A stretch of 51,734 nucleotides of DNA, filler included, from Jimgerdemannia flammicorona (Eukaryota), in assembly GCA_003990765.1 (NCBI GenBank). It is 2 parts of 2 records of this genome, joined end to end, with 100 filler letters (N's around TTAATTAATTAA, not from the genome) between each part and the next. Parts side by side here need not be neighbours in the genome. Positions count along the whole stretch, not along the records: positions 25,918 to 51,734 come from RBNJ01000787.1; 1 more part is not named here. One strand, written 5' to 3'. Of this stretch, positions 25,918 through 37,902 are shown in pieces (position 1 is the stretch's first letter; each line of letters starts with the position of its first letter). Made by a program: the position numbers and the translations under genes. The notes beneath the pieces are model-generated. The model was not told the origin of the DNA and did no database searches. It was given only the letters and a program-made list of their open reading frames with translations.

Positions 25918-28650
25918 GAACTCCTAGAACAAGGATTCATCAGACCCAGTGTGTCACCCTACGGTGCACCAGTCCTCTTTGTTGTCAAGAAAGGAGGAGA
26001 CCTGCGAATGTGCATTGACTACCGTGACCTCAATGAACAGACCATCAAGAACTATTGCCCACTACTGAGGATTGATGAAATATTCGATAGGCTCACCAAC
26101 CCACAATTCATGAGCTCCTTTGACCTGCGAAATGGTTACTGGCAAATTGCCATGAAAGAAGAAGACATCTACAAGACAGCTTTCCGAACTCGCTATGGAC
26201 ACTTCGAGTTCTTGGTTATGCCTTTTGGCTTAACTAATGCTCCAGCAACCTTCCAAACACTGATGAATACCATTCTGTATCCATACCTGGACAAATTCGT
26301 TGTTGTCTACATTGACGACATCCTAGTCTTCAGCAAAACCCTGGAGGAACATCTTGAACATCTTGAACTAGTACTACTGAAACTCCGAGAAAACCAACTC
26401 TTTGCAAAACTCAGCAAGTGCGAATTTCTTCTGAAAGAAATTCAATTCCTTGGACACATTGTCACTCCGAATGGAATCAAAGTGGACCCCAGCAAAATCT
26501 CTGCAATCAAGAATTGGCCCAGACCCAAGAAGCTGAAAGACCTCCAGTCATTCCTGGGATTAGCAAACTATTATCGGCAATTTGTTGCCAACTTTGCTAA
26601 GATCGCTACTGCCCTCACCCAAATGACCAAGCACAACAAGAAACAAGAACAACCCTGGACCATGAAACAAGAGAAAGACTTCAACAATCTTGTAAATTGG
26701 AGACCCGAACAAGATACCGCCTTTCAAGCACTGAAAGATGCTCTGATAACCACACCAGTACTTCAAGCGGCAAACCCTGCCCTACTATATGAAGTCACCA
26801 CTGATGCCTCTGACCTAGCTCTTGGAGCAGTGCTCATGCAAGAAGGACACCCTGTGGCCTATCACTCCCGCAAGTTCAATGATGCTGAAATCAACTATGC
26901 AACTCATGAGAAGGAAATGCTAGCCATCGTAGACACTCTGATCAAATGGCGACCATATCTAGATGGAGCACACTTCACTGTATTGACTGACCACAAGTCA
27001 TTAGTCAACATCAAGACCCAGGCTACCCTTTCTCGAAAGCAAGCCAGATGGATGAAAGTCCTCACCAACTTTAACTACGAAATTCAGTACCACCCTGGCA
27101 AGGAAAATATTGTTGCTGATACAATCTCCAGACCACCAATTGAAGAGGTTATCCAAACTCTGACCATGGTTACCAACACTATCATGGAACAAATCATCGC
27201 AGCATGTGTAGATGATAAAGAAGCTCAAGCACTCCGAGAAATCCTGAATAACGATGATGCTGACAAGCATACCCGGTACAACCAATACCAACTCAAGGAC
27301 AATGCTATCTACTACAAGGACAGACTGTATGTTCTGAACAACCGAGACCTCCGAAGGACTATCCTATTCGAATGTCATGATGCCCCTACAGCTGGACATT
27401 TAGGATTCAATAAATGTTACGAAGCTATCTCTCGAAACTTCTATTGGCCCCACATGGCAGATCAACTCAAAACCTACATCACTTCCTGTAATGCCTGCCA
27501 ATGAAACAAGTCCTCAACACTAGAAAAACCCGGCTTACTCCACCCTATTCCAGTACCATCCGCAAATTGGGAACAAATCTCCATGGACTTCATTGTACAA
27601 CTACCCCGAACCAAGAATGGAAAAGATGCAATTGTTGTCTTTGTGGACTATCTTAGCAAACAAGCCCACTTTGTACCTACCACCACTACTGCAACAGCAC
27701 CAGACATAGCCACACTCTTATTTGATAACATCTTCCGCTATCATGGTCTTCCCAAGATCATTGTTAGTGACCAAGATCCGAAATTCACCAGCCACTTTTG
27801 GAAAGCCCTCCATGCACACCTTGGAATGAAACTTGCACTATCCACAGCCTTTCACCCTGAAACTGATGGCCAAACCGAAAGAATGAACCGAACTCTGGAA
27901 CAAATGCTAAGGAACTATGTTTCCTACAGACAAGATGATTGGCATGAACATCTCACTGCAGTCGAGTTTGCCTACAACAACAGCAAGCAAGCCTCTCTTG
28001 GAATAACCCCATTCTTCGCCAATACTGGACAAAATCCAAACACCCCATTGACACTTATCCGAACCACTGAAGAATCCTCCACAGTTGAAGCTGTTGAAGA
28101 ATTCCTACTCCGAATGCGCAATCTAAGCCAAATCGCAATTGAGAATTTATCACAAGCTCAAGAACAATAGTCATGGTATGTTAACCAACACCGCCGAGAA
28201 GAAACTTTTGATATTGGAGAAAAAGTCCTACTTGACATCAGAGGATACCGAGTTGACAACCTCAAGCACAGACCATCTACAAAGCTGAACAGCAAGTTCA
28301 TTGGACCATTAGAAGTCATCGCACAAGTCTCTCCAACCTCCTACAAACTGGTGCTACCGGACACCATTAAGATTCACCCAGTCTTTAATGTTCAACGTCT
28401 CAAGCAATACAATGACAATGATGACGAGCTATTTCCAAACCGGACCACCAAACCACCCACACCTGTCATTATTAATAACCAAGAAGAACATGAAGTTGAA
28501 CAAATCCTCAACAAACATGGCAACAAGAACCATTCCGAGTACCTTGTCAAATGGAAAGGTTACCCGATCCACGATGCAACCTGGGAACCCAAGACCAATC
28601 TCCAGAATGCTACTGACCCAGTTCAGGAATATGATTCCTTGAACAACTAG
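25918..28650 (+). pseudogene. pol: Gypsy pol: RT, RNase H, integrase, chromodomain
   Basis: [31 protein letters not shown] ([12 protein letters not shown]), MDF, SDQD, ETDGQTE; IGP module; EVEQIL..YLVKWKGY..ATWEP chromodomain. One frame with only two stops (27502, 28168). Confidence 0.96.
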
Positions 28651-28885
28651 AACCAAACACTCTGCACCTATCCATACATACTATATATTATCCTCCCGAA
28701 CATTATAACTATCACGAACCAAGTCAGGAACTCAGCAAAACAAGACAAGAATACCAACTCACTGGAAAAATAGCAAAACTGAAAGCAAGCCTATTCTCCC
28801 TGTACCACTGGTGGGAAACAAGGCATAGACATTTAAGAAGATTCCTTAGAGGAAATTCTCCAGCAGTAAATGACGTCAGAATCAC

Positions 28886-28960
28886 TTCCGGCACACGGCA
28901 TTGAACACACGACCCTTTAACGTGTGAATCCAATGCGTTAGGCAACTGTACTATGAGCAT
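28886..28960 (-). other. Degenerate tRNA-like sequence (Val-CAC-like) with Pol III A/B-box resemblance
   Basis: Minus strand ATGCTCA TAGTACAGTTG..TTGGA TTCACAC GTTAA AGGGTC GTGTG TTCAATGCC has tRNA-like spacing; stems only partly pair. Confidence 0.5.
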
Positions 28961-29075
28961 GCTACTTTCTGAGAAAATGGACCTTACCAGACTTTTGACC
29001 TCCCAAATGGTGTAACAACACTAGAACAAATTAAAAGGCCCCGACGAGGACGTCAAAAGCTAAGAAGGGGAGAGT

Positions 29076-31136
29076 TGTAAGCGCACAACCTCCAAGCCAC
29101 CGAAATTACACGTCACCCTCTGAACAAGCCACTGAAATCACACGCAACCTCCAACAAATCTGGAAATCACCTGCTTGATCACGAAGCTGAGTCAAACCGA
29201 AGTCACAGCGCACAAAGTTGAGTCAATACGAAGTCACAGAACACAAGACCTACACAAACGGAACCTTACCAATCAGAACCAAATGTATATATACTGAGCA
29301 CCGAGACGCGTCGAATCAAAGAACCAAAACAAACAATAACCACAACTTCCAAACACACAAACATGACCACCGAGATCTACAACCGCATCCGCGCTGACAT
29401 TTGGAATGCCATTGTCAACCGAGCTACACCCCCTCTGCCCCTCATGAATATCCATAGCCTGGCCCCCCTCTACTTTGTGGAAGCCCGATGGAACGCCCTG
29501 AACATGCTTAGCGAGGCCTACCAAATCGGACAAATCTCAAGCTACTACCAGATCGGCCACCTCTTGGAAGACATGGTCGAATACCACCATGATACAGACA
29601 TGACCCAGATGTCTCAACACCAGAAGCTCATCGCCCGCAAACATCGAGAACTCTTCTATGAGTACAACACCTTTATCCCCCGCCTCCGAGTTACTACCAG
29701 CGAAATGGTTGCTACCCTGTCCTACAGCCAAATCGACGACATGATACAAGAAATCAACCACAAATACCTCGAGTATGTCGAAACCACAGACAGAACCTTC
29801 CCGCACCCTGATGACCACATCCTGCAAATGCCTCAAGTCGGATATGCCATAAAGGACGTCTACGATATAATCCACTTTGATGAAGATGAAGCAGAAGACA
29901 ATGATCCCTCTGATGCCGACATGACCTCTAGCCAAGGATCTCTGCCAACCCTGATCACTCCGCCAACCTTGCCGATGAACTTACAACAGTTCATAACTGC
30001 ATACGAGACTTATTGGGACAATGACCACTGGCACGAATACCAACCCGTGTTCACCCCCGATTACTTCAACTACAATGAAGAGACTGGAGAACACAACCTA
30101 TACCTTCAGACAACCCTCGAGATTGAACCAACCACTCCACCACCCGAGTATGAGCAACTTGAATCACAGCCGCCAGCTTACTACAACCCCGCGACTCATA
30201 GTGCTGTAACCTATAGAAGGTATGCAGATAGCGAATCCGATGAAAGCGAAGACAGTACACCCATCCTTCGCCCACCAACACCTTATCCAGCATATGAAAC
30301 AGACGATGCTATCCTGTGGGACGGAGATGAAGTCCCAATGTATTACTACCTCAGCCAACAAGGAGAAGTAATCCGCGAACCACTCTTCCTAGACGACTAC
30401 TTCATCAGAGATGATGCAATTGATGGTGATGTCATCGAAGACTACCCAGATAGTGCTTAAACCTATAAATAGTCTAGCAGTCATAGTATAGATAGATTAG
30501 CCTTGTACGACATGACTGTGAACTGACTCAGCAGTCAGACGATCTCTTGACATATCAGATCACACTTGTACTACGTGACTGCATTCTGACTCAGCAAGGC
30601 ACTTAGTGCTACATCCATATTCAGCATAGTCCAGATAGCCCCTCACTAGTATAAATACCCCCTCCCCTAGACCTCAGAATCTCAGACTCGAACACACAAG
30701 AACATTCCTGAACACTTCCCCACAATATCCCTTCACACAAATACTCCTAGTATAGCAATATCATGAATAGCAAATAAACCTATTCCATAACCCACAAACC
30801 ACTCTTAAGTAAATCCACTCCCTGTTAGGTCCTACTCCTAACCCTGTCACGAAATTTCCTAATTGGGTATTGTCTGCAGCGATACGCCGATTCAACTAAG
30901 CTGGTCTTAGTTTCTTGAACTTCCTGAAAAACGGAAAATCCTGAACATCCAGAACTAGTCCGGAAAAGGACTTTGGTTGAGACGTCAACCCAATCTTGAA
31001 ATCAATAAGCATAGAGGATGTACTCCATACGAAATTGATCTTGACCATAAGAAAACGGTCTTCCAGACTATCCAGAACTTCCAGAAAACCCTTCCAGAAC
31101 TACGTAACGGTTACCCTAAAAAGCAACCCTCTTACA
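29076..31136 (+). repeat. 3' LTR of copy 2 (~2.06 kb)
   Basis: TGTAAG..CTTACA after the PPT; colinear with 867-2905. TATAAATA at 30650 and AATAAA at 30773. Confidence 0.94.
29363..30460 (+). CDS. 365-aa acidic protein of unknown function encoded inside the LTR (putative U3)
   Basis: Uninterrupted ATG-TAA ORF. Length conserved in copy 1, with many synonymous differences. TATATATA ~75 bp upstream. Confidence 0.78.
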   Translation: MTTEIYNRIRADIWNAIVNRATPPLPLMNIHSLAPLYFVEARWNALNMLSEAYQIGQISSYYQIGHLLEDMVEYHHDTDMTQMSQHQKLIARKHRELFYEYNTFIPRLRVTTSEMVATLSYSQIDDMIQEINHKYLEYVETTDRTFPHPDDHILQMPQVGYAIKDVYDIIHFDEDEAEDNDPSDADMTSSQGSLPTLITPPTLPMNLQQFITAYETYWDNDHWHEYQPVFTPDYFNYNEETGEHNLYLQTTLEIEPTTPPPEYEQLESQPPAYYNPATHSAVTYRRYADSESDESEDSTPILRPPTPYPAYETDDAILWDGDEVPMYYYLSQQGEVIREPLFLDDYFIRDDAIDGDVIEDYPDSA

Positions 31137-31264
31137 GTAGCAGAGAAAGAAGCTGGAAGCTATACATATATATATTTATACATATGCTATATCAACATCA
31201 ACTTTAACAGATCAGTTATAAGTATTTTCTAATACTGGTGATACTTTAAGTTAGACTTATTTTT

Positions 31265-33230
31265 TAAATAATATTTTATGCTATACTTCTCATTCTGAAG
31301 TTTGGTAATACTGTACCAAAACTAGGAAAAATAAAGTTACTTATAAGTATTACAGGTAATTTTTATTTTATTTTATTTAAAAAATAAAACTTATAATTGC
31401 ATTGAATATATTTATAGTTTATTTGATATAAATATAAAAATTTTAAAATATAGGCAGAAATATAAAATATACAATAGTTCTATAATAAAAATGATAAAGT
31501 ATAAAAGGCCCAACATTTGGATAAAATGAAGTTAAATATAATATCAAGTAAAATTGATATTCTGGCTATAGTAAGTAGGTGATCTCTTTTTTATATTTTA
31601 GTATAAATTTGAAAATATATCTTTTATCTTAAAAAAAAAAAACTCCCAAATTTGGCTATATTCTATCTTAGAGTTTTAAAATTGACTTATTTATTGGATT
31701 ATATATAATGATCAACCATTTATAGCAATTGAGAGTACTTCTTTATAAAGTCTATTTGGTCTTCTCAAGCCTGATTTATACACTCCAAGTACTGATACTA
31801 TTCATAATGATATTATGAAGACTTATATAAAAGAATATAATAATCTCTATTAAAAACTTCAGATAAAATATTAGTAATATTAAGAATGTTATTGAATTAA
31901 TTATAGTTACTAACTATATTTTAAATTTTAATATAGAGTATTATAGATAAAATTTCATTATAATTGATGTCTGAATATCTCTAGACATCATTTCATTTCT
32001 CAGTGTTACCAAACATTTGATTGCTTCCAATTAATAGCTTCAAACTCTTACTCTCGACTTTGTAAAACTTGAGAGTCCTCACTCTGGAAAAAATATTACA
32101 GAAGTATTTATAAACTATATTCATAAGCTTGGAATTATAACTAAGATATGAGAGTTTTTTATTTTTAATTATTAACTACTTTTTATATAATTTTATATAT
32201 CAAAATTATGAAATACAGATATTGGCCATTACAATAGATAATATCTCTAATAATATCACATTTCTCTACATTTTGATAACAAAACTTCAATAAGAAAATG
32301 TAATATTTGATCTTAATAACAACTATATATAGTGTCAAGCCTATGTTCTGAATCTTGCTGCTCAAGATTATCTCATACAACTATTTAGTAACTAGAGTGA
32401 AATTAGCAAAAACTCTAATACCATTTCAAAGTTATGCAAATTGATTGTTATAATTCAATCATCACTACTACAGTGAAAAAACTTATTTTAGATATCAGTA
32501 TACATTGAAATTTAACATTTACAATAATTGAATGAACTCTAATACTTGCTATAGTATATAGGTTATTAATGATAATATTTGAGAATAGGATTTAAATTAT
32601 TAATTAATTTTAACTTATTCAAATATATATAATTTAGACACTAGATTCTATAGCTACTATTGATAAAGATATGTAAGATATGATAATTAAAGAGAATGAG
32701 AGTGCAAAATTGGGAGACATTATTATAGTTTTAGAGGTAAGTAAAAAGGTATTTATTAGTATTTTTGCAGATTTAGTTTTACTTTACTTATCATTTTTTA
32801 TACTTTTACTCTTATTTTTCCTTTAGAATTTCAATAAATATATAAAATGAAGTTGTTTGGCAAAAGTTTCCAATGATATATTTTGCAATTTCAGTATATA
32901 CTGTTTTGATTAATTAACTTGAACACCTACTAGACTTATTAGAAAATGAAGATATATCTTTCTTAAGGCTAAAGGAAGCTATTGAAGCAGCTTTGAAGAA
33001 GTTTAAAAAATATTATTCAAAAACAGATACTTCCATATTTTCTATCAGTACCAGTAAGTAAAGTGTTGTTTTTTATAAATTAAAAGAGAAATTTCGTTAT
33101 TTTGATTTTAATTCTAATTTTTGACCAGTTTTAGATCTATAACTAAAGCTGTAATATCTTAAAGATCAAGGCAGGGAAAAAGAATTTATTGAGGTGGTAG
33201 AGCAATTAATTATTAATATATATTGGAAAA
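31265..33230 (+). pseudogene. hAT-superfamily transposase remnant with introns
   Basis: BED-like SEVW..KVT(Y/C)KY(Y/C); SFLSVTKH..LQTLTLDFVKLESPHSGKNI; ILAITIDNISNN (cf. ITTDNASN); CQAYVLNLAAQ (cf. CxxH..LNL); KKYYSKTD..VLD. GT-AG introns at 32737-32826 and 33054-33128. Confidence 0.85.
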
Positions 33231-33244
33231 GAGTTAGAGTTAGG
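33231..33244 (+). repeat. Decayed telomeric-repeat junction (GAGTTAGAGTTAGG)
   Basis: G>A-mutated GGGTTAGGGTTAGG directly before the CTTCAAG terminus of T1. Confidence 0.75.
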
Positions 33245-36200
33245 CTTCAAGTAAGAATTTATTCATTGTAGAGAAGATAAGATATATCAGAGCAACAAAC
33301 AGCAAAGACTCCTAAGATGAGAAAAGCAAAAAAAGGCCAGTGAAGTAAACAATTAGCTAAGAAGTACAAACAAAGACCAGAGAGGTGACCACCCTATAGA
33401 CAGGCTGGATAAAACCATTTTATCATGGCTGTAGAGATAATAAATGCAAAAAAGCAAAGAAGAGAGAAACTAAATAAGATACACAAATGCCCAGTGCCAA
33501 CTATAGGAACATATCAACATCCAAACACCAAGTGACTAATATGAGATAAATAACTCAAAGTACTCTCAACAATGAGAGAACCAACTAAGGTGAAGGAGAA
33601 GAAAGAAAGAAATAAAAAAAATGTGCAATTACTCGATCACCCAAGTATCTTCATAATCTCAGTTAGGCAGAACCCAACTGCAAGGTGGCCACCAGAATTA
33701 TACATAGCATCAATAGCATGGTAGGCTTTCTTGTGAAGAGCATATAGAGGGTAGGCATAAAGTTCTTCCTGCTATTCATTACTGATAAACCAATTGAGTT
33801 ATTCATCATAATCAGAATTATCTTGGAAAGTGGAATAGGAACCATTGAGAAGACCGCACCTGAGGAGATGTTCACAATGAAACTTATCTCTACAGGGGCA
33901 GGGGCGGGGTTGGCCAAAGTAGCCATAATACCAGGTAAGTGCAGAGCACACAAATCAGAGGAGGAAGAAGAGGATATGATCAGTGCCCTGTGACCACAAG
34001 TGGCCTTTGGGAGTAATATACTGAATAAGCACCTGGGAGGAGAAAGTCAATTCCTGCAACAGCTGGTTTCAGAGGAATAACTGGAGGAAGGAGTAGAGCA
34101 AGTGGGTCTTGCAGACCTAGAGATGAAGGTCTTAGTACCAGTCAAGGAAGTTAAGACAAGAGGTCCAATGCCAGAACTTATCAATGATAGAACCCAGGGG
34201 ATATGTGACAAAGTGCTCAGTGAGAGAGCTGATGGGGTTGTTGCCAGACTTGCTACACTAATCCAGATGGGCTTAGAATATATAGCAGAGGTCCAACATG
34301 TGACGAAGGAAGGAGGGGAGGCCAAGAATTGAACTGCCAAGCAAGAGATGGCCAGAAAATCTGACTGCCCAAGCAACAGCATCATCAAAGACCTGCTCAG
34401 GATGCTTAAATACCTGAAGCTCCATAGTAGTAACTGGGCAGGAAGCTTGTAGAAGAAGAAGGCCATACTCTAGCTGAGGCCTAATGAATGTCCATATAAT
34501 GGCCGACTTGACCATTGGCGACCAGAGAGGACTGCAGACATGGCAGAACCCAAGAGTTTGTTCTATCTTTACTGCATTCTATAACACAAGGCTGACAAAG
34601 TCAAACCCTTTATTAATATACAACATACCTAGGTATATGTAAGAGTAGGGTTACAGGCAGAGCTTGTCTCCAATCTGCACAGTACAATTGGCTGGGTCAA
34701 TACAACTGCACTTCTTGGGATTGAGTTCCATACTGTTTGCCAAAAGCCAGTCCTCACAAAAGCCAATCATCCTTTGCCCCTTGCAGCAGTGCAGGGGGTG
34801 AGAGCAATATCATCAGCATAGAAGAGCCTGAGGGGGAAGTCATACTCCTTGAACTGCTCATCAAAGGAGATGGTGAGGAGGTCAATGAAGACATCAAAGA
34901 GCCAGAGGGAGAAGAGAGAGCCTTGGAAGAGACCACGCTCAGTGGGGACCAATGGGGTGATGAGGCCATTAACAACTACCTGATAAGAACAGTGATTGAA
35001 GAGGCTACAAATAATACTAAGGAGGGCTACATCAGCTCCTCATACCTCAAGTTGAGAAAGAATGAGCTTGAGGGGGACTCTATCATATACCTGCCAGAGG
35101 TCAAGAAAGACACGGTAGCCCCACTCCTTGGCCCATGTCTTGTGCAAAAGCAAGATATAGGAGAGGGATGAGAAGTAGGTTCAGAAGCCACCTTGGCAGT
35201 ATGATATTTCTGTCAGGCCACTTCGGCTCTTGATGTATCCTTCCAAACACTACTCAAAGAGTCTACAAAACATTTCAGTAAGAGCAATAGTGCGAAAACC
35301 ATCAATTGTACAAGATTACTCCTTCTTGGGAACTAGGGTAATAATGGCAGTATTCTAGTAGCGAGGAGTGAGCCCTCAGACCATGCACATCGGGAAGAAG
35401 AATGACAAGACTTTGGAGAGGTCACAGGGAGTATTCTTTTTGCCCGCCATCACCTAAAGGATCTGAACATACAAAGAGTCAGCCCCACAGGTCTTCGAAA
35501 GAAGGTAGCTGTAGATAGCTCTCCAAACTATAGGCTGGTCAAACCAAGCCTGTAGCCCAAGAGCATTCACACTAAAGGAGAAGACATCCTTGGAGTCATC
35601 AAGGTGGAGGGAGGCATTTGGTTGGCCAAAGATAGTGGTAAAATGTACAACCACATCATCAAACACCAAGACAGCAGGGGAGTGAGATTGAAGGGGTGCA
35701 GAGGGTGTGGAGTAGTATGCTTGCTTAAAACTATAAATGGCATCAGAGACCATAGATATACTGTGAAGAAGGTCCCACCAGGGGAGTAGCACTGCTCTGA
35801 TTTCTATTGCATCATATGAGCCAAGAATATTCTCACAAACTGACAATAGACCAGAGGTCAAAAGAGCATCGAGAGAATCCACAAACTGCTGGCAATCTTC
35901 CACAGAGTGAAAGCCAGAGATGTGGTCTCGAATAAAGTAGATAGACCTGACAACAGTATTGTAAATGATATCTGCTAATTCTCGAAGATGGGCTTGGATA
36001 ACCAGATTGGTCAGATATCTCACAGAGTAATAACAGATGTCAGTCAAGGCAGCAACTGGTAAGGGAGAGAAGGAGAAGAAGACAGTGAGGAGGGAGGGGT
36101 GGTCAGTAGTGATAAGAGGGGTGGAGCAGATAAGGGATGCGTAGAGGGATGTGGTGGTGAATGCATAATCAATGTGTATCCAGCCACCAGGGTCAGATGG

Positions 36201-37891
36201 TTCAATGACCATGTCATCAAGGAGATGTTGATGACATCAATCTGATCTCTAGGACTAGAGTTGACATCACCAAGACAGGCACCGAAGTGGGTGTTGATGT
36301 TACCGATTAGGAGGGTCTTTCCCAGGAAGAGACCAGACTCAATATCACAGAAGCTACCAATAGGAAGAGAGAGGGGGGCATAAACTCCAACCAAAGCCAA
36401 GCCCTGGAACATAAGCTGGATATAGAAGGGATCGGTGGAGGACTTGGAAATAAGGGGGGCAAAATGGTTTAACACAAAGACCATGGGACCACTATTCTGG
36501 TGACTTATGATCCTATATAATGCTGGAGGAGAGGACATGTAAATGAGCAGAGAGGGATATAGCAGAATGTGCCATATTTCACATATATAAAGAATGTCGA
36601 GGGCAGGACCAATCAACTGACTGAGCATATTGAACTTGTCCTAGGGTAGTCTGTGTGCATTCTGGAACCCAACTCTCATTGTGGGCTAGGTGTGTTAGCA
36701 CCAACAGCATGGGAAGTATCTGAGGAGGAAGCTTTGGCTTCCAGATCCATTGCCATCTCACCAGTCATGGCTACAATACCACCTGCCTTTGAAGCAGGGC
36801 CAGCCGACAGGGAGGTGAAGGAGGGGAGAGTTAGGCCAAGTTCCACAGCCCAAGCTCAGTAGAAGGTCTGCATCTCAGGCCTCTTTGCAGTGGCATCACC
36901 AGCCAACTGTCAGACCCGAGCATAGAAAGATCAGAGTACGTGTCTTCACAGCCTCTATTGTGTTCTTGTTGTGGGGGAGTGCAGGGTCTCAGATTGAGAG
37001 CATTGAGAACCTGAGCATCTTCATCTTCTTTTGGAATGCCATGATATAATCAGGGTAGAGATGGAATTCTATGGTTGACACCGAGATGTATGACATGTTG
37101 AGAACTTTTAAAAACATTATATAGATATCATACAAGTTCTTTCAGATCTGCCTGATCTTAAGATGGGCAAATCTGTCAATGTAAACATGCTATAGCTGAG
37201 CACCTCTCTCAGTCAGTGACAAATGAGAGGTTGGCTTGCAGATAATGTGAGAAAGGGCAGCAGTAGCAGCTGCCCTTTCTGTCTTGGGGTAGGCCTGGGT
37301 CCTATCCTTGATAGAGACCTTCTTTTCAGTGGTGACATATGATTTGGGGGGGGCAGGAGTTGAAGCAGGGGATGGAGATGGACTAGCAGTACTGGGTTCT
37401 ACAGGTATAGCCTGGGGTAATGGCCCAAGGGCCTTGGCCTTGCCCTTTTTAGAGAGTACAGCTTTAGTAGCTGGAGGTACTGATGTGAGAGTTGCCTCCT
37501 TTAGTGGCACACTAGACTGTGATGAGGCAGCTTTAGCAGCCTGCTTATCCACTCGCTTCTGGGCCTTCAACCATATGTTTACAGCAGGACCAGTAAGAGG
37601 GGGGGCCAAGGACTTAGTGGGGGTAGATGTGGAAGAGGCAGTGGGGGTACCTCCAGAAGGAGCACCAGATGATGAGGGGGTGGTGGGTGCAGACTGCACA
37701 GCAAGCTGTGCCATCAGCTGGGCATTGATCTTGACCAGTTTGGCCACTTGAGTTGGCAGATCCAATCTCCGCTTCCTCATCACAGCTATCTCCATGACCA
37801 GATCAGAGTTGGCTGAGGGGCCTGCATGACTGGTAGTCAGGGTCATATACATACTAGTGTTTAGGTGACCATGTTTGTTCTAATTGAGGAA
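33245..37891 (-). mobile_element. Telomere-repeat-joined APE LINE, copy T1 (5' truncated in ORF1)
   Basis: VGVYAP, GNINT, IDYAF, TDH (APE); QGSLFSLWLFDVFID, FYADD (RT); CPC..H..C C-terminus. Confidence 0.9.
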
Positions 37892-37902
37892 TTAGGGTTA
37901 GG
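37892..37902 (+). repeat. Telomeric-repeat junction TTAGGGTTAGG (T1/T2)
   Basis: Seen directly; followed by CTTCAAG. Confidence 0.88.

Larger units (their letters stand above)
25918..31136 (+). mobile_element. Ty3/Gypsy chromovirus, copy 2 (pol through 3' LTR)
   Basis: RT-RH-IN-chromodomain order, PPT and TG..CA LTR. Confidence 0.96.

Noticed and set aside
24935..28170. In-frame stops in LINE E ORF1 and Gypsy pol as programmed readthrough
   Set aside because: They are explained by single C>T/G>A changes matching the window-wide mutation bias.
28886..28960. Functional tRNA-Val gene
   Set aside because: The acceptor, D and T stems pair poorly; kept only as tRNA-like.
29363..30460. Calling the LTR ORF an env gene
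   Set aside because: No signal peptide or transmembrane stretch is visible, and it lies downstream of the PPT.
31137..33230. AT-rich tract as centromere/origin or host gene
   Set aside because: It is accounted for by a C>T-eroded hAT transposase with introns.
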